Positions 1 through 13,571 of a stretch of DNA of 64,000 nt are shown piece after piece (within the stretch, counting starts at the first letter, position 1; the number at the start of each line of letters is the position of its first letter). The notes below the pieces were generated by a model that did no database searches, was not told the origin of the DNA, and was given only the letters and a program-made list of their open reading frames with translations. The translations under genes were made by a program, and so were the position numbers. This DNA is from Thalia democratica (taxonomy: Eukaryota), in the NCBI GenBank assembly GCA_965202585.1, contig OZ241832.1:30256001-30320000 (forward strand), in the 5' to 3' direction.

Positions 1-195
1 GAAAGTTTTAAACGATGAAGAAGAATTTATAGTTCTTAGTTAATAGTTTTCAAGGAGTTCTGAATAAAAAATATTCTTAACGCCAACGATCAAAAATAAA
101 ACAGTTCTTGAAAGGTAAAAGCAGAGTTGTAAAATTGTTTGGATTGGAGAGAAGCATGAAAATTCTTAAGTAATAATTGGTAGGATTTTTTTATA

Positions 196-456
196 ATGCA
201 TACAAACTTCAACAGGTTTGTCAGAACGCATTTCAAGAACATTTTCGACTTGAAGTTTTTAGTGACTCGTCACTCCCATTTCGAAGGGGTGAAACACCGT
301 GGGCTGATGACTATTATGAAGAATGTCGGTTTGGAAGTAAAGAAAGGCCATCACGGTGGAAGAGACGCTGAAATGGCGATGGATCTTTTTTTCTACTGTG
401 CTAAGAATGTTCCAGACTATCGCAACTACGAGAACCAGCTTTGGAGTTTGTGCTAA
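196..456 (+). pseudogene. C-terminal fragment of a CAF1/POP2-family (DEDDh) nuclease, copy 1
   Basis: ORF reads HFKNIFDLKFL...RGL..IM..VGLEV..GHHGGRDAEMAMDLFF, matching the CAF1-family pattern F..IyDvK.l and H.AG.D..lT..lFF. The upstream frame is broken by stops. Confidence 0.6.
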
Positions 457-1879
457 GATACGAAGAAATAACTCTCGAAAATTATTAGGACATTTATAGG
501 AATTTTTGTTGTTCGTCTAATAAACTTTATTAGTAAATAGAAAAACTTTTAACAGTCATTCTTAAAAGTGTCAAGTAAACTTAAATAATATTTCAGTTTA
601 GATAAATGTACAGATTCGGTATCTGATAAGAATTTAAACAGATTAATTTTATAGAATTAATTTTAACTTATAAGTTTGGTCATAGCATAAAAGAAAGAAA
701 AATGTTAAACATAATTCTTTTGAAGAAATTGGTTAGTCAATTTCGACAAAAATTATGAATCAATAAATGGTGTTCCTTTATTATGTCAAGATTGACAAAC
801 AACTTGACACTTTTGTATTTTTTACCCGGAGAACAAAATTAACCAGGATATATTAATTTTAATTGTACTATTCATCATTTTTGTTTATCTAAATTTTGTC
901 CGATTTTTCAAGTATTTCTATTTCTTTATTTTAATCGTTGGGTATGATAATTTAAATTGCACTGTTCGTTATTTTCGTTAAATAGACAAACGTAATATGA
1001 TTGTTTTAAATTAAATAACTCAATACTGAATACTAAAATAAAATACTCAGTAAATGCAGAAAGATCAAACAATTCAATTACAAAACAACCCGACAACGTT
1101 AGTAACATCAACAGTAAATTGACATTAGTAACAGAAAAATTGATCGATGTAAGTGAAGGAAAACTTAAAAAGAAAAAAGCTTTAAATGTCATAAATTTTT
1201 ATGTTCCTGAAAATTGTAACAGTCCATCAGTTTACACAATTCAATTGCTAAAAAACACCTCAACTTAATTTAAGATAGCTTAGGTTCTAACTAGTTGACT
1301 GAGACTGAACTAAATACTTTATACCGTTTGAGTTAATATATCAGCAATAAAACAAGACAAGTTATTCTGAAACTAAGAAGTCAATCTATTAGAAAAAGAC
1401 TACTGAGTTTAAGAAACCTTAAAACATTCCACCATGGAAGAGGAATTAAAATATACATTTATGTTGACCGTACAAATCAAGAAATGGATAATTTTAGAAG
1501 ATTAAGAGCTGAACTGAAGGAAAAAACAAGCAGAAGCTGAAGTTTGAACATTAGCTACATGATTAAGCAATTAAGAATAGTTGAAAACTTTGGACAGCAC
1601 TTTTGTTTCAACACCCATGATCTGTGAGTCTACTAAGTCAAATTTCTTTAGTTTTAACAAAGAGCTTAAAATATAACAAAGACAAAAAGTTTCATTACAA
1701 TTATACCAAAAATATATTCAGTTTTTTTTTAGTGGTTGTACTTAAGCCTCAAGCACAGTTATTTGTAATAATTTTAACTTTAGTAAAAGTATTGTAACCT
1801 TTTGTATAAAAATTTATAAAATAATTTTGTATAAAAAAATTGTATAAAAATAGGCAAACACATCATTTCGTATATCAAC

Positions 1880-2100
1880 TAAGTTACTTACTACTGTTTA
1901 TAGAAAACCAACTTTTGCCCGCCAATATATTCCTTTTCAGTCGCCTTTATCACAAAAAATGGCTTTATTTCCTGTTTAATTATCAGAGCACACAAGATTT
2001 GTTCAAAGAAGTTGTTTAAGGAAGAATTAAATAAAAATTTTAAAGGAGTTTTACAGCTCTTAGTTATCCGTCACATATCATCAGTATAACAATTTACAAT
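1880..2100 (+). mobile_element. Penelope-like retroelement RT C-terminal fragment (copy at ~30350-30560)
   Basis: Frameshifted translation VYRKPTFARQYIPFQS...RAHKICSKKLFKEELNK...SYP, typical of the region after the RT core in Penelope-like elements. Confidence 0.7.
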
Positions 2101-2129
2101 ACAATCTCCTAATTGGAAAAACCTATTAT

Positions 2130-2352
2130 ACAAAAACCGAAGCATGCCAGAACACTCCGAGCGACGCAACCTCTGGGCCACGGAGGCCGGGGGAACCTGC
2201 AGAACTACTGGCGGTAGCGGCTACAAGGATGAGCTTGGAGAGGACGGTTCTTGAAGCTCTGTCGGTTTTGGCATGGACCGCCAAGATAGTTTTGTATTGG
2301 AACCGCAACCCGCGAACCCACAGGCCGCCAACGGGGAGGTGAACGCGGACGC
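2130..2352 (+). mobile_element. R2-like non-LTR retrotransposon 3' ORF fragment (degraded copy of 30594-30830)
   Basis: GC-rich island homologous to LE.TVLEAL.VEVLAWTAK.V.YWNRN.RTHR of the RLE fragments at 19655 and 30594. Confidence 0.7.
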
Positions 2353-2499
2353 CGAACTCAGGATCAAAAACTACTTTTAAATATTTAGAAGCGGGTGCAT
2401 AGAAAAGTTAAGCCTTAAGTAGAAAAGTATCCAAATAACCGAACTACCACTTATATGTCTCAGCACTTATCAGAAAAATAATCGAGAAAAATACTCTTT

Positions 2500-3290
2500 C
2501 AAATAGCAGAACGAAAAGTTAGAATGGATATCGATAAAGAAAGTGAACAACCAAAACAGTTCTTGTTAGACGCAAGAAAAGCTTTATTAATAAAATTTAG
2601 AGAGGATTGTTAAAATAAAAGAAGGCTTACTTTGACCAAACATCAAGATTTTAGAATCATCTAATTATTTTTTAAGCACCTGTAATATGAATATGTGTTA
2701 CAAAAAAGTGAACAACAACATTTTAATTAAAATGAAGCTTTATTATCAATGACAGATGATTCATAGTTGAAAATGGTTTGAAAAAATACTAAAGATTCAA
2801 CTTGATTTATAAATTTAATTATTTCCGCAGTTTTTTGAATTAAAACAAGGTCAAGATTTCAAAAACAAAATAGAGCTTTTACAGCCTGGCTTGTTAAGAT
2901 GCAGTAGAAGGTTGGCACAGAATGTTTAAATCTGTCATGCAGTGTTCCAACACTGAAGTTTTGAATTGTATTGCTACCACAATAAATGAACAAAAAACCT
3001 AAAACAAACACATGGAAAAACTAAATCATAATAGAAGTACTAAACCAATGTATTAAAAACTTGAAAAATGTTTCAAATTTTTTTTAGAAAAAGCTTGGCT
3101 AATCTAAGGTTTAAGAGAATTACAAAAATGTTAACTTGGCAGATAAAAGATTAACTTTTAAGTCAGCTCAGTTACATATTCTCCTGATAAATAACTAGAA
3201 TCTAACGAAAGAGACATTGATAATGAAATAGACGCAGTTAACAAAAAAAGTATTCAAAAACTGTTTTTAACATAAGAACTACTTAAGGAT
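2500..3290. repeat. Recurrent module X (decayed coding sequence of unknown family); paralogs at ~13572-14350, ~31585-32170, ~39205-39610
   Basis: Shared blocks such as tagcagaacgaaaagttagaatggatatcgataa and cctgg(c/t)ttgt(t/c)aagatgcagtaga(a/g)ggttgg at these positions. Confidence 0.8.
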
Positions 3291-3333
3291 AATTTTTTTG
3301 GTATAACATATTTTTAGATATTCTGAAAACAAA

Positions 3334-3820
3334 TCGGTGGCGATAGCGTGAGGCCCAAGAGCCGCCGATGCGGAAGCGCGGTAAGGGAGCCGCGCCCAAT
3401 CTGACCCGGGTCGACAAGCGTCGTTTGGAGCAGAAGCGCTGGCGGAAAGCGTTCGAACGACTGCCACGGGATATCGCCAAGCGGATCCTGCAAAACAAGC
3501 CGTTGGCCAAGGAGGGCTCCCTGCCGGAGGGCGCGCACGCCTTCTGGAAGGGTCTGTACAAGGGCGACGAAGAAGCTTTGCAAGGCGCCTGGTGTACACA
3601 GAAAGACCGGCACCGAGTTGTCTCGGGGATGAGGTTAAAACGGGCGAGACCTCATCCAATGGAAACGGTTGAGGGAAAACGCCGTGCGTCCCGACGGCCT
3701 CAATCGGGAAATGGTTCGTGCGGTCGACTTGGAAACTCAGGTTCAACCAGTTTCTTGACTGCGGGCATCTGCCGAAGATGCTGCGGCGGTTCAAACTAAC
3801 GCTCATTCCCAAGGTTGAAC
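3334..3820 (+). mobile_element. R2-like non-LTR retrotransposon fragment: pre-RT linker and start of RT (frameshifted)
   Basis: KRRLEQKRWRKAFERLPRDIAKRILQ...HAFWKGLY (R2 linker pattern), then in other frames AVRPDGLNREMV and FLDCGHLPKMLRRFKLTLIPK (RT N-terminal PDG and LIPK motifs). GC-rich island. Confidence 0.8.
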
Positions 3821-4400
3821 TAGAAAATAGAACGCTGTAAAACCTTGATTTTATGGCTCAATATGAAGTTGTAAAAATTGTGACTTGATTTTAATTTTTT
3901 CAAATTCTTATTAAACTTTAAAACTAAAAAGGACTAATTTAAACATCAATAAAATTTATAACTTTTTTGAAAGGCCTTAAATAATAGGACTCCGGACATT
4001 GAAAGTTTTTTACAACATCAAAAAGTTAAACAATTGTTTAAAATGTGCGACAGTTAAACGATCATACTACAATACATAAGTTGGCATGGAATTTATCTAA
4101 GAAGTATCAGTTGGTAAATAGAAAGTATAATAAATATTTAGTATTTATTTATGCTTTTAAGTTTTTAATGGTATTGTAAATTAAACTATATTATTGTGTA
4201 AACACTATAAATTGACATTGACTCAGTTTTAATAATAAAACTAAATGTTTTATTCACTATTTTTATTGCTAATTATTTTTATAAATGAAAACTTATCAGC
4301 TTAAATGTTTACAGATAAACCAACGGACGTAAATTTTGGATAAGTTTTTCCATAGAACACAAACAACTTTTAGAGTTAATGATAAAAATGCAAACGATCC
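3820..4400. repeat. Recurrent non-coding module M; paralogs at ~6140-6690, ~36520-37060 and partial ~35370-35480
   Basis: Shared aaccttgat(t/a)ttatggctcaa, ttttttgaaaggcc(t/c)taaata and gacattgaaag blocks. Confidence 0.85.
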
Positions 4401-4414
4401 CCTTTTAATAATAC

Positions 4415-5190
4415 TCAGAGTCACGAAGAAAAGTCCTTAAAATAGTTATTGTATCAAAAGACACAATAGATAATTGTCTTATTCAGAACAAAAGTGGAAG
4501 TGCAAACCAGTTCAAAACTCTAGATTCTATGTTTATGTTCAATTTCTTCAGAAGCGAACATACTAGATACTTCACTCCAAAGTTCAGGTGGAGATTGTTT
4601 TCTCATTAGAAAAACAACTACCATGAAAAAAAGTTTGTTTGGAAAAAGTTAATCTGGAGATTTTTTCATGTTACCGAATCTTAGAAACTTTTTTAAAACA
4701 TTTAAAAGGGAAACTGAACGTCCTGATCTGGAGAGTAACTTATTAAGATTGTTAATTAATCATTTTAACCTTCTTAATGACAACTTTTCTTCATGTTTCC
4801 CAAAAAGCATATCAAAAGATTGTAAAAAATTAGTGGATTAAGAATCCACTTATCTAAAAGAATTATAAAGACTACAATCTAGATATAACCAGTGAAGATT
4901 TTCTTATAGAGATCAGTAAAGATGGAGTTAAAGAAGCTAGCTTCCATGGATTCAAAAATTCTCCTGGTTTGAAGTTGTACAAAATTCTCGATACAACTGA
5001 CTTGCGACAATAGCAATAATAAACTGGTCATAATGGCAACCACTTATCTTGCAGAAGGAGGTTTCTCAGGTTTAATTGACATCAAAAACAAAAAATAGAA
5101 GCTTAGAAAAGTAGATGAAATGATGCATGAAGCCTTAGACATCCCACCTCAAATTAAAATTAAAAATGAAGCACAATCAAGCAGCAGTTC
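4415..5190 (+). mobile_element. hAT (FAM200/ZBED5-like) transposase remnants, including C-terminal dimerisation motif
   Basis: SRRKVL (cf. WLSRGKVL) at ~4420; ATTYLAEGGFSGLIDIK at ~5035-5090 (cf. TTYLCExGFS). Many stops and frameshifts. Confidence 0.7.
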
Positions 5191-5559
5191 CAATAAACGG
5201 CTGTTTGTGGTAAAATAATTTTAGAATAATATTTCTCTTGGAATTTTAGTCTCTATTATTACACTAAAAAAAATTTATGTACCTTCAACTGGAAAAAAGA
5301 GTCAACTTTAAATAAATAACCTACTTTTGTCAAAACCTCGTCTAACAATAGACTTCAAACCACAATCTGTAAAGAGATTGTACAGTTTTATAAGCACGGA
5401 GCATTTTGTAATGCAACAGAGCAGCACTATACTCACCGAGACGCGCACAATGGAATACCTCAGCCAAGCCAATTTAACATAATGTGCCGAACAGTATTGA
5501 TCGAATTCAGCCAAGTAATAACGAACATAACGTGCAAGTTGAGCCAAAACTGCTTTGGT

Positions 5560-5870
5560 ATAAGTTGAACAAACTTTTAGGAGAAGTAAGTTATAAACTC
5601 TATGGAAAATTTTTTGTTTTGAACTAACTTCTACAAGTAAAAAATTTAAACCTTCTATAAGTCCAGACTAGTTTAATCAGCTTTACAAACAAACTGGAGC
5701 TGTTTGAAAAAAGATTTTAAAGATTTATCAATTATACCAGTTTTCAAGCTTAGAAAACTCAAAGTATCAGTTAAGTTAAGATAAAGTAGAAATTTAATCA
5801 TTCCACTTGAAAGAGCTTAAAATTCATATGGATCAAAGATTTTAAGATTTAACATATTATTTTAAACTTT
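5560..5870 (+). mobile_element. hAT transposase remnant (KLELF...HLKEL region); paralogs at ~7620-7790, ~18690-18870, ~36270
   Basis: Homologous to the 3' part of the 7160-7800 transposase fragment (aaactggaactg...ccacttgaaagagc). Confidence 0.65.
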
Positions 5871-6689
5871 CATATATTTTATTTAATTTTTTCATCATAA
5901 AACAAAATATCCAAGTAATCATATCTAGGTTTTCCTATTTACATACACAACATACATATATGTATTTTCTTAAATATTGTTAATAATTTTGTGTATTAGA
6001 CGTGAAAAATTACTGTAATAACAAACTACGTTGTAATCCTTTGTTAACATTTCTATAATTTTTAAGGTTTAATAATTATTTGTTTGAAATATGTCAAAAA
6101 TATTTTTACAAGTTTTGTGCAAGCATTTATCAAGGAATTTGAAAATAGAGTGCTGAAAAACCTTGATTTTATGGCTCAAAATTTAGTTGTAAACGATGTT
6201 ACTTGATTTTTATTTTTTCAAATTCTTTCTGAATTTTTAAATAAATAGGACTAATTTAAGCACCAATAAAATTTATAACTTTTTTGAAAGGCCTTAAATA
6301 TAAGGACACCAGACATTGAAAGTATTTTACAACATCAACAAGTTAAACAATTGTCTGAAATGAACAACAGTGATACGATCATACTTCAATACTTAAGTTT
6401 AACAGGAATTTATCAAACAAGTATTGGCTAGTTTTTAAAGTTATTGTAAAACAAATTATACTTTTATGTAAACATTATAAATCGACATAAACTCAGTTTT
6501 AATAAATTTATCACATGTTTTATTATTTTAATAGTATTATTCACTTCTATTATTTATGTATAAATAAAAAGTTATCAGCTTTAATTTTTTCAGATAAACC
6601 AACGAACGTTAAATTTTGGATCAGTGTTCCCATAGAATATAAACAACTTTATGAGTAAATGGTAAAAATGCAAACCATCCCCTTGCTTA

Positions 6690-6790
6690 AATAGAGCGAG
6701 ATTTTTCACTGATGAACAACACAAAAAATATAAGGCAATATAATACGAGCAATGACTTGTTTAACTCTTTAATGATTCATAAGTTGAGAC
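6690..6790 (+). mobile_element. hAT C-terminal remnant of a different family (paralog at ~37060-37145)
   Basis: ERDFSLMNNTK...LFNSLM resembles the hAT dimerisation motif ERxFS.MN.iK...L..Lm. Confidence 0.55.
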
Positions 6791-6839
6791 AAAAAAAAAG
6801 CTACTCGATAGTCAGAAGTATTTAACTGCAAAAAAAAAA

Positions 6840-6990
6840 GTCCAGCACGAACAAGTATAAATCAAAAATTGTTATTCACAAAGCAGATACAAAGCAAAGA
6901 CGATATATCATATATTGGTACCACTCGATGACTTTTCAAGAACAGATTATACGATCATAGAACATTAAATGAAATATCGTATTTAGAGAA
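6840..6990 (+). mobile_element. GIY-YIG endonuclease remnant (Penelope-like); paralogs at ~17960-18110 and ~26000-26150
   Basis: SYIGTTR, then FKNRLYDHR after a frameshift (YIG.T...F..R...H motif). Confidence 0.6.
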
Positions 6991-7159
6991 TTACGAAGCT
7001 TACACGGAAGAAGGTCAGCAAGATCAGCTTGAATTAGACAGAGAAAACGATGCCGAGACTTTTTATTCTGATGAGTTCCAGAAAACCGCTAGGATATGTC
7101 ACAAAGAATAATGAATCTGATAATATAATTAATCAAATTAAATTTCTTAGAAAAAAATC

Positions 7160-7800
7160 ATAGGTAAATCAAAAGATGGTCCATGGTAGGTAGGCATATT
7201 GAGTTAATCACTTTTTAAAAATGAAGTCAACTTATTTACAATACATTGCATAATACATTTGCAACATTTAGTTGCTAAAAAGATAAGTTATCATCTACAC
7301 ACCCCATTGATTTTGGAGATTCAAGCTGTGAACAAAGTAAAAAGGCATGGTTTGCAGACTCGTTTGTTTAAAGAAGTCATGTATGTCAATGAGTAGGAGT
7401 TTGACAACTTAACTCTACACACTCAAGTCCGATGGGAAAAGGTTATTAGCAGTTTTTGATACAGTAATTGAATTTTTTCTACAAAGAACAGTAAATTACT
7501 AAATAAGCTTTAAGAAAGAAAAAGCGAAATTGCATACTTGTCTTACCTTCTATGGAAAATTTAATGTTCTGAACAAACTCCACCAAGGAAAAAACTTAAA
7601 TCTCGTAAAGGTCAAGGCTAGTTTACAAACAAACTGGAACTGTTTGAAAGAAATTAAAAAAAATGACCTCTACCAGTTCTCAAGCTTAGAAAACTTTATG
7701 CATCAGTAAAGTAAAGATTAAGTAAAAATTTATTCATTCCACTTGAAATAGCTGAAAATTGATGTGAATCAAAAATTTAAATTTAATTTCAAAACTTTCA
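7160..7800 (+). mobile_element. hAT (FAM200/ZBED5/SCAND3-like) transposase pseudogene fragment
   Basis: DGPW/SMVGRH, TIHCIIH..HLVAK, RHGLQTRLFKE, LHTQVRW, EIAYLS, NKLHQGKNLNL and KLELFE motifs across shifting frames. Confidence 0.85.
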
Positions 7801-7829
7801 TACGTTTTACTAAAAACGCACAGAAAAAA

Positions 7830-8430
7830 TTATCCAATAAGACCAGTATTATCAGCTATCAACACTCCTGAGTACAATCTAGCTAAATGCTTAGAAAAAC
7901 AAATATTAAGTTGTTTGTATGAAAAATAGTGTTTTATCATCAAATGAATTTGTTAACAAAATATCCAAGCTAAATATAAAACATTCTAACGATTTTGCTA
8001 GTTTAGACATCAAAAGCCTATATACTCACCTTCCGCTTAAAGAAGTAATTGAAGACATATTAACAACAATTTATGACACAAATATCAAATCAATTTTCAA
8101 AGAAACTAAATTAACTAAAAATGTATCAAGTAAAATTTTACAGTTGCGCTCCTAAAGTTTTTCCTTTATGGTGAAAAAGTTTACAAACAAATAGACTGTG
8201 TTGCAATGAGCAGGCCATTGGCCCCAATCTTAGCCAATTGGTTTGTAGCATCAAAAGAAAGTTACCAATTACAAGCAAATTCATAAAAAAACCTCTATTG
8301 TACACAAGATACGTAGATGATAAATTCGTAGTCACTCAAAACAAAACTGAACTAACAAACTTCTATCATGAAATAATTACTTTACACCCAAACTTAGAAT
8401 TCACTGTTCAAGAAAAATGTAACTATTACA
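7830..8430 (+). mobile_element. Penelope-like reverse transcriptase fragment (5' part repeated at ~18900-19045 and ~26944-27090)
   Basis: RPVLSAINTPEYNLAK, FASLDIKSLYTHLP, AMSRPLAPILAN and LYTRYVDD catalytic motif, followed by HPNLEFTVQE. Confidence 0.85.
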
Positions 8431-8829
8431 ATACTGACAGTATTTCAGATGTTTAACACAGCAAATACAGTAACTTTAAAGCTATTAGAAATCCATAACT
8501 GTTCTAAACACCTCAATGATGCGGATAACGACCATATTTAAGAGTTATAAAACAATCTAAAATTAGAAAAGACAGCAAAGAATCACCTAAAAAATAATTT
8601 TGCTGACTTCAAAAAATCAAATTTTAACGTTTGAATTAAGAAAAAAATAGGTTAAACTGCTCCGAAAGGAAAAGTAGCTCTTGCTTAAGGTTATATTTAT
8701 TTTACATTGTGCTCGTACTTAAGCAATTAAGTGTAATAAAAACATTAAAATAAAACTTACTGGAGACTTTTGGTCAAATCTAGTGATTCAATGTGTGAGT
8801 AGCATTAACAGTAGATCCAGAAATTAAAA

Positions 8830-9420
8830 TCGATGTTAGAATTACAATTTAAGTTACAACAAAATCCTAAACAATTCGAAACAAAAAAGTGTATAGCAGA
8901 ACACGACACACTTATCTTTCAATCAGAAGTTTGGTTTTTGTCACGAAGAAAAGTCCTCAAAAGATTTGTTGTATTAAAAGAAACAAAAGAAATCTTTCTT
9001 ATTCAAAACAAAAGTGAAAGTGCAAATCACTTAAAAAATCTTAAGTGGCTAGGTGGACTTCACTACTTATGTTCTATTTTTTTATTAAGGAACATACTTA
9101 ATACTTTACTCAAAAGTTCAGGTGGAGATTTTTTCATTGGAAAAACAACTACCATGAAAAAAAATTTAAAAGCTTGAGTTGACAAAAGTTAACTGCGCAA
9201 ATTTTATATGTTAGCAGATTTACAAACTTTTTGCAAAACTTAACAAAGGAAATTGGACATGCTGATCTAGGGAGGAAATAAAAGAGATAGGTAATAAATC
9301 ATTTCAACCTTCTGACAAATTTTCTTTATAATTCCTAAAAAGTTTATCAGATGATTGTAAAAAATTTAAGTGAATTATGATACCATTTATCTACAAAGAT
9401 TACAGATATTTCAGAGATAC
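8830..9420 (+). mobile_element. hAT (FAM200-like) transposase fragment; includes ORF 8833-9177
   Basis: EHDTLIFQSEVWFLSRRKVLKRFV...KWLGGLHYL...LNTLL (cf. L.HTEVRWLSRGKVL.RF...WL..L.YL). Confidence 0.85.
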
Positions 9421-10169
9421 CAATGCTTAAGCAGAGAACTGGTTTATAACTTTAAAACATCAAATTTTGAAGAAAAATTAAGATTGAAGCCACAATAACT
9501 TTAAATAAAAAACTTTTTAAAATCTTACTAAAAGTTGTCCTGCAACATTGACTTCTATATTGTACAAATAGATTACAGGATGCCACAAAACCTAGATTTT
9601 ATGAAGTCATACGAAGTTATTGAACAAGGTAGTTGTTTAAAGACCTTTGTCGGATGCAATCAGATATTAACATTTTATTCAATATAAAAACGTCAATGTT
9701 ATGTACAACTTGTCAGATAAAAAAAAATATCCAACAGTATAATCAATTACGTTAACCAAACAAATTAATGCTAAAATTTTTGTTCTTCATAAAAATTATA
9801 GGCTTGCTGAAAACGAACGCATAGACGAACTGCTCCTTAGCTACGAAGTATGAAAATCTAACCGATTTCAACTCCAAACCAGCTATCATTTACAATTAAG
9901 TTTGGCTTTAAATTAAAATATAGTTTTACAAAAATTAACTTTAAGATAATAAAATCTTTATTTTTTGGTCAAAATAAGTCTGAAATGGCCTGACCGACTC
10001 AAACACTGCAACAGGCAATTTTAGCTGCATCTCTTATGCAAACTTATGGTTGAATTAATATCATCATTTCAAAATTTTTGTTTGCCTTGTCAGCTCTTTG
10101 GCAAGAAAGAAGCTTGTTTACTTTTGAGCATCGCTTTAGCGTGAAACAATTGTCAAGTAATAAACCTTT

Positions 10170-10870
10170 GTCTTAATTGTAGAAAGTAGCTTGGACTAAA
10201 ACTGGCTTCATTAACATTTCTTACCTATCTGCAAGATGCAAAAGTCATGAAAATTCACTGAGCCATAAAAACAGCATGGTCTCGTCTAACTTATTAGGAA
10301 AAATACTATTAATAACTTATTAAGTGTAAGCTATAAGGACAGTATTGATAAGCACAATGCTAAAGTTCAGAAAAACAGAAAAATTTATGTCAATAATTAT
10401 TAAGATTATTCTTTTTTGTTGTTTGCAAGAGATTGCACTTTAAGGAAGTAATGAAAAATGAGACTCAATAAATCTTAATTGTTTCAGATCTTTGCTAAAT
10501 TTTGCAAGCATTCTAGATGAAGATATTAGTGACCACCTGGATAACAGTACAGTGTTTTAAGGAAATTCAGCTACAATACAAAATGAAATATTTGAACGTG
10601 TTCTTCTAACTTAAAAAACTAAGTTATTGCTCAAGTCAGTGAAACATTTTCTTAACTGCAATTACTGATGAAATCATAGACGTTTCTGTCCAAAATCAAT
10701 TATCATTATTCATTAGATATATACATAACTGCAAAGTTGTAGAAAGATTTTGGGGCTTTTTTCAGCCAGACAGAGTCAATGCTGATAGGACAGCAAATGT
10801 TATTCTGACAGAGCTAGAAAAAAAAAGAGGATAAAAAGAAAGTTGTGCGCACACTTATGATGGTGCTTCA
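10170..10870 (+). mobile_element. ZMYM1/THAP12-type hAT transposase fragment (partial copies at 21395-21550 and ~36110-36250)
   Basis: WTKTGF...CKSHENSLSHKN, QEIAL.G, SATIQNEI, ITDEIIDVSVQNQLSLFIRYI...VERFWGF and CAHTYDGAS motifs (DUF4371-type pattern). Confidence 0.8.
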
Positions 10871-12299
10871 ACTTGTGTGTTCAATTAAAAAATTTTAAAG
10901 CCAATGATGCTGAACTATATATTTTTAAAACAGTACTAATATGCATCTGATAAACAAGTTTACTCTTTTCAAACATTTAAATTAGTATTAGCAAAAAAAC
11001 GTATAAAGCAACACTTTGTTTGCAGAAATAATCAAATTAACCATCGAAAAACAAGTCATAAACACGCATGTGAAGAAACACACAAAGAATATAAAAAAGG
11101 CATTTTAAAAAATTGAGCTGTTTCAGATAGCAAACTAAAAATAATTCTACTGGGAATGAAACAAACGGGTATTCAATTAAGTTCTAGTATACCAAAAGTA
11201 GATACGTTATACTCAATTAATAACAGTTAAAAAATATAACCACCAAGTACCATACAATAATAGGGGATGTATGAATAAAAAGAATTTTTAAGCACTCAGA
11301 AGGGATTTACTAATGTAAAAGAATATTCAGAAGTTCTCAAGGATATTTTGATTTATTATGATAACTATTACTAAGCTAATGTTTCCAAATCACTATGCAA
11401 TAGGGGGCTTACTACTCATTTTTTTACTATTAGTGACTATTATTTGTCTTGATTTATTTTATAAACTAAAGCTGACTATAAATTATGTAATCTCACATAA
11501 GGTTGATGAAAAACCTTTCCAGACATATGACACCACATAAATATAGGGAATATAAAGAAAAAGATATATAAACTTTAGGTATAGAGATACCAATTTCAGA
11601 TTGGAGAATTCAGTTATAAACCTTTAAATTAGCCACACTCCTTTAATAAAATATTGACTTACCAAAGAAAAATGTGCTTAAAAGCAATGTCTTTAAGATC
11701 ATTCTACCTTAGTAATGATTACACTCCACGTCAAAAACTTAAAAAATCTGTTTTTTATCAAAAACATTACAATACGATTCATACAGCGTATTTATTTCTA
11801 AGAAATGCCGTGCAAGTGTTTTAAAGGACGGGTCAGATGAATGTTCAACATAAGATGTTAATTCAAAGTTCAGTTTATAATTTCGTTCCCCAAAAGAAAA
11901 ACATAACAACCCAATAACTTAAGCTTAAATAAGGAATTAATATCAACTAATATAACAGAGTTGATATTAAGCTCCCAAAGAATTATCAAAGATCATCTAT
12001 GAGCAAATAGTCTAAAACCAAGCATTTGGTAAAATTTCTGTTTTTTTTGTACTTGGTTAAATTTTAACTTGTGCTCATGTAAATCCTTGTGTGAATAAAA
12101 ATCGACCTGACTAAATTAAATACTAATTCAATGTTAATAACTTGAACAAAAATACTAATATATATTTAACATAGTTTAACTGCCAGAAACAAACAATTTT
12201 TAGGCCAAAAGTTTGAGGAACAATTTGTATATAAGAAGAAATCCCGTTCAAATTTATTAAGTAAAACGTGAAGCTACAAACAGCAGCTGCTATGGTTTA

Positions 12300-12680
12300 A
12301 ATGCTTATTAAAACAAAAGAATCCCGGTTGTCAGATTCTTCACTGCATGTTACTCTAGTAGCTAAAAATGAAATAAAAAGAATCTAAACAACGTATGACT
12401 AAAAACTCTGACGTTGTGATGATTATAAATGAAATTAGTACAAAATCTAAAGTACTTCGTGAAAAAAAAAGTATTTAGCAGAACACGACACACTTATCCT
12501 TCAGTCAGAAGTTTGAATTTTGTCACGAAGAAAAGTCCTCAAAATATTTATTGTACTACAAGAAACAATATATTATTTTCTTATTTAGAACAAAAGTGAA
12601 AGTGCTTATCATTTCAAAAATCTAGAGTTGCTTGGTGGATTTCACTATATATTTTCTATTTTTCAATCTGCACATATTAA
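12300..12680 (+). mobile_element. hAT (FAM200-like) transposase remnant
   Basis: PGCQILHCMLL and EHDTLILQSEV*ILSRRKVL; paralog of 8830-9420. Confidence 0.75.
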
Positions 12681-13157
12681 ACAGAAGCATAAAATTATGG
12701 ACAAAAAACTAAATCGAGAGAAGATCTAGATGATTTCGACAGTGGCAGTAGGTAGAACTACCACATTTATAAATAAAATTAGATAAAATTTACAGGTAAA
12801 ATTATTGTTGTTAGGTTCATATTTTGTATTTCTTTTAAGATTAAATTCATATATATCAGCGTATGAATATTTGAAAATTTTCTGAACAAAAGAGTCAAAG
12901 GAGAAAATGGAATCTTTGATGAGAAAAACAGCTCCAAATAGCATGTTGAAGAACTTATAGATATCACCCATTGTGGTTGCCTGCGAGCTTACTTTCTGTG
13001 TCTTTCTCGCATGGTTGACAGATCTGATGCCGGCATTACTAATATTTGTTCGCCGCCAAGATCTGTTCAACCACATGCAAGAAAAACAAAAAGAAGATTT
13101 TGATTTGCCAAAAGGTGTCACAGCTCTCAGTCCTTAAGATAATTTCATTCAGAACGC

Positions 13158-13571
13158 ACCCAGAGAGCGGCCTCTGGTACATCGCCAGCAAGCCGAAAAT
13201 CACAGTGTATGGCGAGCGGGTCGCCAACATGAATGCAGAACAGCACTACCGCTACCTGGGCATCAAGTTGCACCCTGAAGGGAGCACTCACGTGAACCTC
13301 AACATCGACCGTTTGTTTGAACGGAATCGTGCAAGCTAACCGTGGAAGCTGCACATCGTGAGAAACAAAGTGCTAGCCACGTAACGTCGTCGACCTAGGC
13401 AAGGTGGGGGACGGGTACATGAGGTACTGTGATGTCCGGGAGTGCATCCAAAGGCTCTGCGATCTAGATCGGTCCGTTCTGGGCGCTTACATCCATGCCA
13501 ACGCCAGGCATGGCGATATGGGAATACCGCGGTTGGTCGAAACCACCAACCGAAACAGGTCGCGTCGCAGG
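13158..13571 (+). mobile_element. R2-like retrotransposon fragment: RT domain 7 and thumb
   Basis: LWYIASKPKITVYGERVANMNAEQHYRYLGIKL (YLG motif) and AYIHANARHGDMGIPRL (cf. R2 AYFHA...GGLGIP). GC-rich island. Confidence 0.85.

Larger units (their letters stand above)
1..2352. repeat. Segmental duplicate of 28465-~30830; 1-974 also matches 20421-21394
   Basis: Near-identical sequence at offsets 28464 and 20420 (e.g. ORFs 177/20597/28641). The GC-rich end (~2200-2350) has small deletions relative to 30660-30830. Confidence 0.95.

Noticed and set aside
3279-3812. Long - strand ORFs over the GC islands (also 13145-13698, 19885-20175, 27899-28223, 30585-30946)
   Set aside because: They are antisense shadows of GC-rich R2 sequence, where stops are rare; the recognisable motifs are on +.
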